This document shows, in pieces, positions 1-8,051 of a DNA stretch of 32,000 nt. Below the pieces are notes generated by a model. The model was given only the letters and a program-made list of their open reading frames with translations, did no database searches and was not told where the DNA came from. Positions within the stretch are counted from its first letter, which is position 1, and every line of letters starts with the position of its first letter. The position numbers and the translations under genes were made by a program. This DNA is from Candidatus Lokiarchaeum ossiferum (GTDB lineage: Archaea; Asgardarchaeota; Lokiarchaeia; Sigyniarchaeales; Promethearchaeaceae): the NCBI GenBank assembly GCA_025839675.1, contig CP104013.1, forward strand, positions 4,920,001-4,952,000, in the 5' to 3' direction.

Positions 1-1879
1 TCAGAGCTTTCCCATAGTTAAGTCGTTGAAGTAAATTTGAGATTTGAGCTCCATCTTTCTTGTGTTCTTGATACAATTTGGTAAGCAATTGGTAGTGTTT
101 TTTAGCAAAGGGTGTTTTTGGCGAATTTACTGTGTAAGAATGATCTGATTCTTTGTTCAAAGGCAAAAAGGCGTGATACTTTTGAATATACTGAAATGGG
201 ATTAATCCCGTACTTTTTGCTACTGAAAAACAGTATTTACTCTCAATTTGAGCGCGTTCAAAGGCTTTGAATTGCCAAGTGCTATACTTTTTGGATTGAA
301 TCCATCGGGATGGTTGAATTGTTATTATTTTTTGAACTCGGTCTTTTTCATTCGAAATAGGTTCTATAAACAGTAAATTTCTGGGAACTAACGACGCTCC
401 CTGACGAAATTTCGACTTATATGAAGATTCTTGTTTTCCATTTTTTGAAATTCCATTTACAATGGCTGAAATCATTTTTTTTTGAGTGGTTGGATCAAAA
501 GGAGCTAATCTTCCAACTAAGAACGAACAATCTGTTTTTATTGGGTTATAGGGGCTCTTTTCTATCTTTGAATCTTTGTTTGTGATACTCATTGGAAAAT
601 ACCATTGGGTTGAAGCTAATTTTACAGAAAAGGGGTTTTCCACACAGTCAAAGATGTTCCATTTAATCTTCAATCGATCTTCTAAAGACATTTTTCCTTT
701 CTCTGCTTTCATACAATGATTATGGATCCGAAAAACATCTTTGGTAAATGCCCAAAATTCAATATTTTTTAAACCTGTGAATTGACGAAACAGAGCATGC
801 TGTCCCGCATTTGCTAAACTGGCCGGGGTCACAAAAAACATTTTTCCTCCCTCCTCCAAATTCTGTCGTTGAGAATGGGTGATAAAAATGGTTGTCAACT
901 CTGTTGAAGTTGCTAATTTTCCCCCTAATAAGATTCCATAATCCATCCCTAATTTTTTGATTCTCGTTTTTTCTTCTTTTGACGAGATTCGATTTAATAC
1001 AACCCAAGGAGGATTTCCTATAAGTAAATCCATTTTTACTTGTGAAACATGGTTTGTTGGATTTGAAGGAAAAAGAAAATTGTCGTGAATTATTTTGGGA
1101 TCAATTAACTGATTCATTTGTTCTTCTTGGATTAAAATCAGATTTGCTCTTGCCATAAAACAAGCTAGGGGATTAATATCAATGCCATGTAGATTATTGT
1201 AAGCTTCTCTCTTTTCTACCATAGTTTTTTTTGAAGTGAATATTTTTTTAGCAATCTCACAAAGAAACGTGCCGGATCCGCATGAGGGATCTAAAACACG
1301 GTCACCAAACTCGTAAATGTCTCCCACCATCAAATGAGCTAACTCTGAATGGGTATAAAATTCCCCTTGGGGATGGCGAGTGGTGTTTGCAATCAATTCT
1401 TGATATATTTGCGTAAAAAGATCTTCTTTTTTAAATGAAACTGTCTTGAATGACTCTAATTTTTCATATTCTGCAAAGAAAATATTGATTATTTCTTGAT
1501 TTTCAATAATCCACCTCATATATGACGGGATTTTTAATAATTTTTCCATACTGTGAAATTTATTCTGAACCGTGCTTATTTGATCCGCATTTTTTTTATT
1601 TGGATTCCTTTCTTGAAAGATATAGATTATAAAAAACACTGATGTTATCAATTGAACGTGTTTTACAAACAATTCTTGATTAACCTCATCTTGCAGATAT
1701 AAATTTCGGAAGGATTCTTGCCATATTTTAAAATTGGCTTGGATCTTGTTGATTCCTCCCATTTGTAATTTCGAAGTTACTATTTTTTTCAGTTCTTTGC
1801 CGATTGGAGAAGAAGTTCCCCATTTTTCCATCAACCACGATCCACTGATCATAAAATTAAGTTTTTGCTCCTTCTCCAT
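1..1879 (-). CDS. N6-adenine DNA methyltransferase (gamma-class, Eco57I/TaqI-like); 5' complete, 3' end runs off the left window edge
   Basis: This gene is absent from the supplied ORF track because it is edge-truncated. My manual minus-strand translation from the ATG at 1879-1877 stays open to position 1 (626 codons plus 1 nt). Motif I is VLDPSCGSGTFL at 1262-1297. Motif IV is LIGNPPWV at 1001-1024. GEFYTHSELAHLMV lies upstream of motif I. The C-terminal part contains FRQGASLVPRNLLFIE, which resembles a TaqI-C-like specificity region. Confidence 0.85.
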   Translation of the reverse strand, partial: MEKEQKLNFMISGSWLMEKWGTSSPIGKELKKIVTSKLQMGGINKIQANFKIWQESFRNLYLQDEVNQELFVKHVQLITSVFFIIYIFQERNPNKKNADQISTVQNKFHSMEKLLKIPSYMRWIIENQEIINIFFAEYEKLESFKTVSFKKEDLFTQIYQELIANTTRHPQGEFYTHSELAHLMVGDIYEFGDRVLDPSCGSGTFLCEIAKKIFTSKKTMVEKREAYNNLHGIDINPLACFMARANLILIQEEQMNQLIDPKIIHDNFLFPSNPTNHVSQVKMDLLIGNPPWVVLNRISSKEEKTRIKKLGMDYGILLGGKLATSTELTTIFITHSQRQNLEEGGKMFFVTPASLANAGQHALFRQFTGLKNIEFWAFTKDVFRIHNHCMKAEKGKMSLEDRLKIKWNIFDCVENPFSVKLASTQWYFPMSITNKDSKIEKSPYNPIKTDCSFLVGRLAPFDPTTQKKMISAIVNGISKNGKQESSYKSKFRQGASLVPRNLLFIEPISNEKDRVQKIITIQPSRWIQSKKYSTWQFKAFERAQIESKYCFSVAKSTGLIPFQYIQKYHAFLPLNKESDHSYTVNSPKTPFAKKHYQLLTKLYQEHKKDGAQISNLLQRLNYGKAL

Positions 1880-1931
1880 TAGCTATTATAATCCATGCTT
1901 TTATTTTAAACCCATTTTTTTATTGATCTTG

Positions 1932-2558
1932 ATGGATGTAAAATATAGATTTACAATCGTTCGCCATGGTCAAACACCTGGAAACTCAAGTAATCGTTAT
2001 CTTGGAATCACTGATGAAGATCTAAATTCAATAGGTGTTCAACAAGCTCGAAATGCGGCCCAATTTTTACTTCAGTGTCGAGAATCCTTTGACATTTGTT
2101 TCTCAAGTCCTTTAATACGCTGTGTCCACACTGCAAATATCCTAAAAACAAAAATGAATTTTGACTATCTCATTGAACCCAAGTTACGGGAAAGAAATTA
2201 TGGAGTTTTTGAAGGCTTAACTCGAGATGAAGTGATGCAAAAATACCCTGATCTTCTTCAACAGTATAATCAAAATAAAGCTCGTATGATTTTGCCTCAG
2301 GGGGAATCTGCTCTTGATGTCGAATCAAGAATACATTCCTTCCTTTGGGAAGATCTTCCCCAAAAGTTCTCATCTGCACGTTCAGTTCTATTGATTACAC
2401 ATCTGAATCCCTTACGCGCGATTCTTCGTTTATTGAAATTAAAAACATGGGATATTTATTATACAAAATTTCAAAATGCCTCAATAACTCAAATACATAC
2501 GGATCTTCAAGTAAGTGAATTAGTGCTCTTCAATAAAACCCCTGCCAATTCCCCTTAA
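1932..2558 (+). CDS. Histidine phosphatase superfamily protein (phosphoglycerate mutase / CobC-like)
   Basis: The ORF-track frame is 1734..2558. The homologous part begins at MDVKYRFTIVRHGQTPGN (ATG at 1932), which carries the RHG catalytic motif. Later motifs are SSPLIRCVHTA, RERNYGVFEGL and LLITHLNPLRA. The first 66 codons of the track ORF overlap the divergent methyltransferase start and look like noncoding sequence. Confidence 0.8.
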   Translation: MDVKYRFTIVRHGQTPGNSSNRYLGITDEDLNSIGVQQARNAAQFLLQCRESFDICFSSPLIRCVHTANILKTKMNFDYLIEPKLRERNYGVFEGLTRDEVMQKYPDLLQQYNQNKARMILPQGESALDVESRIHSFLWEDLPQKFSSARSVLLITHLNPLRAILRLLKLKTWDIYYTKFQNASITQIHTDLQVSELVLFNKTPANSP

Positions 2559-2750
2559 ATCTTGATATTTTTGATTATTGGCAATGTAATCCAAAATTTT
2601 TAATTATATGCTACTTTTTACTGGATTACTAGTCTCAATTTCTTGCAGATTAGGACGTATTTGAATACGGCTTTACTTCAATTTTTATTCCACTCGGAAT
2701 AAAACAATCATTAGATTGCATGATGTAGGGTAGTTATATCAATTTGTTGC

Positions 2751-2758
2751 TTTATACA
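2751..2758 (+). promoter_or_regulatory. Candidate archaeal TATA-like box for the rpl11 operon
   Basis: TTTATACA lies about 46 nt upstream of the rpl11 ATG. GTGATG, an SD-like partial match to GGTGAT, lies just before the ATG. There is no transcript evidence. Confidence 0.25.
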
Positions 2759-2803
2759 AGCGTCTTAATCACGGTTTATTGAGATAAACTTAGTGATGAA
2801 AAT

Positions 2804-3298
2804 ATGGCGGATATCTTAGAAGTCGCAGCCTTAGTTGAAGGAGGAAAAGCATCTGGTGGACCTCCAATCGGACCTGCAGTTGGTCCAACCGGAGTCCCCA
2901 TCAAAAATGTTGTAGATACCATCAATGAAAAGACAAAGGATTTCAAAGGTCTAAAAGTCCCAGTAACCATCCTTATTAATAAAGAAGATAAAACATTCGA
3001 GATTAAAGTTTCCACACCTATGGCGTCAGCTTTACTCTTAAAAGAATGTGGTATCTCCAAAGGCTCTGGTGAACCTACAACCACTTTCGTAGGGGATTTA
3101 TCATTCGAACAAATTTTAAAAATTGCTCGAATGAAACGAGATTCTTTAAATGCTTTGAATATGAAGACATGCGCAAAAACTATTATCGGTACTGCCTTTT
3201 CATGCGGAATTAAAATTGATGGAAAGACTGCTCGTGAAGTACTCAAAAATGTTGACGATGGTCAATATGATGATCAATTAGCGGAGGGCGAAAATTAA
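2804..3298 (+). CDS. rpl11: 50S ribosomal protein uL11
   Basis: 164 aa. Motifs are GGKASGGPPIGPAVGPTGV, KVPVTI and IIGTAFSCGIKIDGK. It sits in the canonical position ahead of L1-L10-L12. Confidence 0.97.
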   Translation: MADILEVAALVEGGKASGGPPIGPAVGPTGVPIKNVVDTINEKTKDFKGLKVPVTILINKEDKTFEIKVSTPMASALLLKECGISKGSGEPTTTFVGDLSFEQILKIARMKRDSLNALNMKTCAKTIIGTAFSCGIKIDGKTAREVLKNVDDGQYDDQLAEGEN

Positions 3299-3299
3299 A

Positions 3300-4025
3300 A
3301 TGAATGTAGATAAAAAAGAAATTAAAAAAGCCCTTTCTACAGCTATTGAGCAATCGGTTTTAAAAATGGAAGGCAAATCTGATAAACCCCGGAAATTTGA
3401 TGAAACTATCGATTTAATTATAAATGTTCGAGATGTCGATATTAAAAATCCTAATAATCGAATTGATCAAGAACATTTGTTACCCCATGCAATCCCTGGT
3501 AATTACATCTCAAAAGATGTATGTTTTATCGCCAAGGATGATATGGAGGTCGCTTTAAAAGAAAAGGGATATACTGTATTAAATCCATCTGATTTGGACG
3601 ATATGCAAAAACGTTCCAACAAAGATAAAAAAGTAATGGCCAAAAAGTACAAGTATTTCGTGGCTCGTGCTGATCTTATGCGAAATCTTGCAAAAGTTTT
3701 GGCCCGATTCCTCGGACAACAAGGAAAAATGCCGAAACCTCAACCAAAAGGATTTGGGGTTATTAAACCTGATGAAGATATTGATGAATACCTTACCAAA
3801 TTGGGTCGGATCATCAAAATTTCCATGAAGAAACAATTATTGATGCAATTGAAAGTCGGTAAGAAATCTCAAAATGAAGATATTCTCTATGAAAACATTG
3901 AATCTGTCCTCAATTTTGTTGAAGGTAACTTACCTAATGGATTCAATAATATTAGCGGCATTTATCTCAAAACCACCATGGGTAAACCCGTGCCAGTGGC
4001 AGATACTGGAAAAAATCGACGGTGA
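3300..4025 (+). CDS. rpl1: 50S ribosomal protein uL1
   Basis: 241 aa, starting 2 nt after the rpl11 stop. Motifs are FDETIDLIINV, YFVARADLM, GKMPKP, and LKTTMGKPVPV at the C-terminus. It sits in the operon position between L11 and P0. Confidence 0.93.
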   Translation: MNVDKKEIKKALSTAIEQSVLKMEGKSDKPRKFDETIDLIINVRDVDIKNPNNRIDQEHLLPHAIPGNYISKDVCFIAKDDMEVALKEKGYTVLNPSDLDDMQKRSNKDKKVMAKKYKYFVARADLMRNLAKVLARFLGQQGKMPKPQPKGFGVIKPDEDIDEYLTKLGRIIKISMKKQLLMQLKVGKKSQNEDILYENIESVLNFVEGNLPNGFNNISGIYLKTTMGKPVPVADTGKNRR

Positions 4026-4032
4026 TTGAAAA

Positions 4033-4992
4033 ATGGTTATGCATAAACCACACATTTCAAAAGCCAAAGCGGCTGAAGTTGAACGATTAACAGAACTTGT
4101 TGGACGTTATAATGTCATCGGGCTCGCTCGTATCAGCAAAGTACCTGCAAAAGCACTCCACGGACTTCGTGATACCCTTCGTGGTGATGTAGTAATTACC
4201 ATGAGTAAGAAGAAATTAATTCTGAAGGCATTTGAAGCTGCTGGAAAAAACAATCTTCAACATTTAGCTGAAGAAATTGATGGAATCACAGCACTCTTAT
4301 TTACCGACATGAATCCAATTAAGCTTGCTCAGTTTCTCGAATCTAAAGCTGTAAAAGGACCCGCAAAACCTGGTGATATTGCTCCAATGGAGATCATTGT
4401 AAAAGCAGGAGATACCAAAATTGCACCTGGTCCAATAATTAGTGAATTGAATCAGAATTTGAAAGCGCCAACCATGATCAAAAATGGGACCGTGCACATT
4501 CGAAATGATACAGTTACTCATAAAGTCGGAGATTTAATTGATGCTAAACAAGCCCAATTGCTCGCTCGTTTAGGTGTTGAACCTATGACGATTAAATTGG
4601 ACTTTTACTCCGCATGGGAAGACGGTGAAATTATTCCAGAAGCAGTACTCCATCTTGATATGGAAGAAATCTTAGGAAATGTTCAATTGGCTGCAAGCCA
4701 AGCTTTGAACCTTGCCTTAGGAATTGGAATGATTACCTCCGAAACAGTTGAACCGATGATTGCTAAAGCACATCGATCAGCCGTTGCAGTTGCCCTTGAA
4801 TTACCAATCATTATTCCTGATCTTGTAGATCAATACCTTGCAAAAGCCACTCGAATCGCAAATGCTGTAAATGCGTCTGCATTAGGATTGGAAGTTGCTC
4901 CAGTGGTAGAAGAATCTGCAGCTGAACCTGAAAAGGAAGAAGAAAAGGAAGAAGAAGAAGAACCGGCAGGTCTTGGAGCTTTGTTCGGTTAA
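4033..4992 (+). CDS. rplP0: 50S ribosomal stalk protein uL10 (P0)
   Basis: 319 aa. GGTGA lies 7 nt upstream of the ATG. The C-terminus has an acidic tract followed by [12 protein letters not shown], the archaeal stalk tail. An alternative ATG exists at 4039. Confidence 0.95.
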   Translation: MVMHKPHISKAKAAEVERLTELVGRYNVIGLARISKVPAKALHGLRDTLRGDVVITMSKKKLILKAFEAAGKNNLQHLAEEIDGITALLFTDMNPIKLAQFLESKAVKGPAKPGDIAPMEIIVKAGDTKIAPGPIISELNQNLKAPTMIKNGTVHIRNDTVTHKVGDLIDAKQAQLLARLGVEPMTIKLDFYSAWEDGEIIPEAVLHLDMEEILGNVQLAASQALNLALGIGMITSETVEPMIAKAHRSAVAVALELPIIIPDLVDQYLAKATRIANAVNASALGLEVAPVVEESAAEPEKEEEKEEEEEPAGLGALFG

Positions 4993-5041
4993 AATCTCTA
5001 TCAATTTTTTAAACTAAATAAAATAACAAACGTGAAAAATT

Positions 5042-5338
5042 ATGGAATCTGTATACGCAGCCCTTTTATTACACAAAGCAGACAAGACTGTTGATGAAAA
5101 ATCCATCGAAAAAGTCTTGAAAGCCGCCGATGTAGAAGTTGACAAGAATCAAATCAAAGCACTCGTTGCTGGATTAGATGGAAAAAATATTGACGAATTA
5201 ATTGCCAATGCATCCGCAGCTCCTGTTGCCGCAGCTCCTGCAGCTGGTGCACCAGCCGCTAAGGCAGAAAAGAAAGAAGAAAAAGTTGAAGAAAAGAAAG
5301 AAGAAGAACCTGCTGGCTTAGGTGCCTTATTTGGTTAA
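5042..5338 (+). CDS. rpl12: 50S ribosomal stalk protein P1 (archaeal L12)
   Basis: 98 aa. It starts [11 protein letters not shown], has an Ala/Pro hinge ([15 protein letters not shown]), then a KE-rich tract and [12 protein letters not shown]. Confidence 0.95.
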   Translation: MESVYAALLLHKADKTVDEKSIEKVLKAADVEVDKNQIKALVAGLDGKNIDELIANASAAPVAAAPAAGAPAAKAEKKEEKVEEKKEEEPAGLGALFG

Positions 5339-5382
5339 GAATTTTTCTACATCATCTACTTAACTCCAATTTCTTTGAACCA

Positions 5383-5415
5383 ATGCTTTCCAATATCGGA
5401 AAGCATCCCTTTTTT
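5383..5415 (+). terminator. Hairpin plus oligo-T terminator candidate after the stalk operon
   Basis: A perfect 9-bp inverted repeat, ATGCTTTCC (5383-5391) and GGAAAGCAT (5398-5406), has a 6-nt loop. It is followed by CCC and a T6 run (5410-5415), with a further T-run just downstream. Confidence 0.5.
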
Positions 5416-5586
5416 ATCGTTTTTTCTTTAAATTTTGCTTTATATTAGAATTTATGAAAACAGTTATTTTGAAAGAAAAAATATTTAGATGTTAAGAATT
5501 AATAAAAAGTTACAAACATTTAAATACTTTTAAGATACACACTATATATACATAAAATACTATTATATAAAGTAAAGTGAAAAAAA

Positions 5587-6648
5587 ATGCCTGAAGAAGA
5601 ATATAACGAAGATGGAGATTGGGAAGAAGATGAAAATAAACTTCCTGAATTTAAAATTAGCGGGGCTTCAACTATTCCCGGTGGGGTCATGAATCGAGAT
5701 ATAAAGATTTCCGGTTCTGGGAGAATTGAATCTGATCTTGAATGTGGATTTCTGAAATGTTCCGGAAGTATGCGTGCAGTGGGTAATGTTGTTGCACATG
5801 ATGGAGTTCGAACTTCTGGAAGCTTGAATATAAAAGGTTCTCTTATGTCAGATACTTATGCAAAGTTTTCAAGTTCTGCGGAAATCGGTGGAAATTTGGA
5901 TGTTGTAGAAGCAGTTAATTCCTCAGGTTCCCTAGTTATTGGAGGACAATTGTCGGTAGAAGGGCATTCCAAACATTCCGGATCTACAATAATTACAGGA
6001 GATGCAGTTGTTGGGTCAATTCATGCTTCTGGATCATTTAAATGTGGAGGATTATTAAATGCTGAAGGATTAGCTCACTTTAGTTCCCAAGCCAAAGTGG
6101 GAGGTGAAATTGTTGTGGGGTCTATTCGGGCATCCGGTTCTTTTCGGGGAGGTAAAGCATTAGAAGTGGAAGAAGATGCTCATTTCAGCAGTTCTGCGAA
6201 AATAGAACTGGGAACAAGTGTAAATGGGAGATTGAGTACTTCTGGGTCATTCTCTTCAGGTGGAAATATTGAATGTGAACAAGGAGGACATTTTTCAGGG
6301 CAACTCGAAACTCCAGAAAGTTTATACTCCAAAGGGACCATAGATATTACCGGAAAAGCAAAAATTGGAAAACACATTACGGGTGCAGATATTTTTATCG
6401 GAGTATCAAGAACAAGTGTTATTAAAACCCATCGCCCAAGAGATGCATCCTTGATTGGAGGTAATTTAAGAGCTGAAAATCTTGTGGATATTGAAGATGC
6501 TTACATTGATGGTGATATTTATGGAAGAGTTGTGCGATTAGGCCCCAATACAAAAGTTTTAGGAACAGTCTATTTTGTAGATGATTTCGTAGTAGATAAA
6601 AAAGCGGAATTTGCTGGCAACCAACAAATTACAAATGAAGAATTATAA
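5587..6648 (+). CDS. Bactofilin-like (polymer-forming, beta-helix repeat) protein
   Basis: 353 aa with an acidic N-terminus and no obvious signal peptide or TM segment. Gly/Ser/Val-rich repeats have an SGS motif recurring at residues 42, 59, 77, 112, 131, 148, 183 and 219. The spacings are about 17-18 or 35-36 residues. The C-terminal part (IGGNLRAENLVDIEDAYIDGDIYGRVVRLGPNTKVLGTVYF) reads like CcmA/bactofilin windings. GTGA lies 7 nt upstream of the ATG. Confidence 0.6.
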   Translation: MPEEEYNEDGDWEEDENKLPEFKISGASTIPGGVMNRDIKISGSGRIESDLECGFLKCSGSMRAVGNVVAHDGVRTSGSLNIKGSLMSDTYAKFSSSAEIGGNLDVVEAVNSSGSLVIGGQLSVEGHSKHSGSTIITGDAVVGSIHASGSFKCGGLLNAEGLAHFSSQAKVGGEIVVGSIRASGSFRGGKALEVEEDAHFSSSAKIELGTSVNGRLSTSGSFSSGGNIECEQGGHFSGQLETPESLYSKGTIDITGKAKIGKHITGADIFIGVSRTSVIKTHRPRDASLIGGNLRAENLVDIEDAYIDGDIYGRVVRLGPNTKVLGTVYFVDDFVVDKKAEFAGNQQITNEEL

Positions 6649-6653
6649 ACCAA

Positions 6654-6663
6654 TTTTTTTTTT
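6654..6663 (+). terminator. Oligo-T tract (T10) 6 nt after the stop of the beta-helix gene
   Basis: A T10 run is seen directly in the sequence. Archaeal RNAP is known to terminate at oligo-T tracts. Confidence 0.4.
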
Positions 6664-6669
6664 CTTACC

Positions 6670-7479
6670 TTATAGGGACTCAATAAGTTCCTTTTTTACA
6701 TATAATTGTATATTTCTACCGACTTTCATGGTAGTAATAAGATCTCCTACGAGTAATTTATCCGTATGATATTTTACGGAATTTCGTTTTAAATTTAATC
6801 GTTTGGCAATTTGACTTGGGTTTATCCCAGGATTGTCTTCGATTATTTCCAATATTTGATAGGTCATCGGTGATTTTTGCAGAGAAAGGCTGAGATTGCT
6901 CTTCAATTGATCATTGAAAGAAGTAAAATAGATCACATAGCGTCCCATTTTTTTCTTCCGAATAACGCCATACTGAATTAAGACGCTTAAATGCCATTGC
7001 AATTGTCCTGGTTGCAATCCACTGTGTTTTCGTAATTTATTGTAATGGATGCCTGGATTTAAATCAATTAAGGAAATAATAATCTGGCGATTTTCATTCT
7101 CAAATACATCATCATTACTTAATCGATGAATTCCTTTTTCTGAAATTGTATATTGGCGAAACAGGGTCTTGTAACTTGTAAAATCGATTTCCAAAAAGAA
7201 AAATGCAATTCCCATTACTGCTAAGAAACTAGCCTTGAGTTCCAAATGGGGATTATATGGGCCCGTCATTTCATAACTTGGTGAAATAACGCTTTCATAG
7301 TCAAATAAATATAATAATTCTGTCCAATTGGAAATTAGAAAGTTGTTTAGACAATAAAAGAAAATTAAAAGTAAGAGAATTTGAACTTTATTAAACGGGC
7401 GTCTTAATAGATCTGCATGCGTTTCGTTATTTGGAAATTCTGCAAATGAATTTGAAATAGACATGATATTAGCCCTCAT
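6670..7479 (-). CDS. Membrane-anchored transcriptional regulator with two winged-HTH (ArsR/MarR-like) domains
   Basis: 269 aa. The N-terminal half has two hydrophobic segments (VQILLLLIFFYCLNNFLI and ASFLAVMGIAFFFL). Two wHTH-like modules follow: IISLIDLNPGIHYNKLRKHSGLQPGQLQWHLSVLIQYGVIRKKKMGRYVIY and YQILEIIEDNPGINPSQIAKRLNLKRNSVKYHTDKLLVGDLITTMKVGRNIQLY. Confidence 0.7.
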   Translation of the reverse strand: MRANIMSISNSFAEFPNNETHADLLRRPFNKVQILLLLIFFYCLNNFLISNWTELLYLFDYESVISPSYEMTGPYNPHLELKASFLAVMGIAFFFLEIDFTSYKTLFRQYTISEKGIHRLSNDDVFENENRQIIISLIDLNPGIHYNKLRKHSGLQPGQLQWHLSVLIQYGVIRKKKMGRYVIYFTSFNDQLKSNLSLSLQKSPMTYQILEIIEDNPGINPSQIAKRLNLKRNSVKYHTDKLLVGDLITTMKVGRNIQLYVKKELIESL

Positions 7480-7574
7480 ATTAACTAAAGATGTGTGAGC
7501 ATATAAATAGTAAGGTCAACTCCTAGAACAATTAAAAAAAATGCCCTTAAAAAAAAGCATCCAGAGAAGTGCGT

Positions 7575-7961
7575 TTATACAGCAGATGTCGAAATTTTTT
7601 GGGCTTCTTTGCAGCGCAAATCAATTTTTGTTTTCGTATATTTTCCCACCCGATAGATTGATCTCGCGCCTAAAATTCCCATATAAGCAAAAATTATAAT
7701 AGACCAAAATGTTCCCATGCAACTTGTAAAATATTTATAAAATTGGGGTAAAAGGGGAAGATCTAAACCTAACCGCTCCTTGTTATCAAGATAGGTTTGA
7801 TAAGTTGAGTCTGTAATTTTTCCATTTTGTAATAAATATTCATATGGATTCCCAGGCATAGCACGAGTTAGTGCAAAACTAATAAGCATAACTCCAAATA
7901 GGATTGGAATAACGCCCAAAAGTCGACGAATAGTGTAATTTAACATACTCATTTTTTCCAC
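7575..7961 (-). pseudogene. Orphan N-terminal fragment of an ABC peptide/nickel-type permease (DppB/OppB-like)
   Basis: 128 aa. The first ~80 aa match the canonical permease N-terminus: MLNYTIRRLLGVIPILFGVMLISFALTRAMPGNPYEYLL...YLDNKERLGLDLPLLPQFYKYF. Resemblance then stops and the ORF ends, whereas full-length permeases are about 300+ aa. No partner permease, ATPase or binding-protein gene is adjacent. Confidence 0.6.
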
Positions 7962-8051
7962 TTAAGAATACCAGATGAATTTACATTTATAAGGCATGAG
8001 GAAAGGAATTGGAACAATTCTCCAAAGAAGCATTCCTACAAGTAAAAATTG

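Noticed and set aside
759-1007. An 82-aa ORF from the supplied track on the minus strand.
   Set aside because: - It lies inside the long methyltransferase reading frame on the same strand but in a different frame.
- Its sequence has no recognisable features.
- The methyltransferase frame carries clear catalytic motifs.
1734-1931. A 66-codon N-terminal extension of the histidine phosphatase ORF.
   Set aside because: - It overlaps the divergent methyltransferase start region and is Phe/Ile/Ser-rich low-complexity sequence.
- Homology-like sequence, including the RHG motif, begins right after the internal Met at 1932.
4945-5338. The repeated [12 protein letters not shown] tails of P0 and P1, considered as a DNA repeat.
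   Set aside because: Conservation is at the protein level only, with different codons. This is the known shared stalk tail that recruits translation GTPases, not a repeat element.
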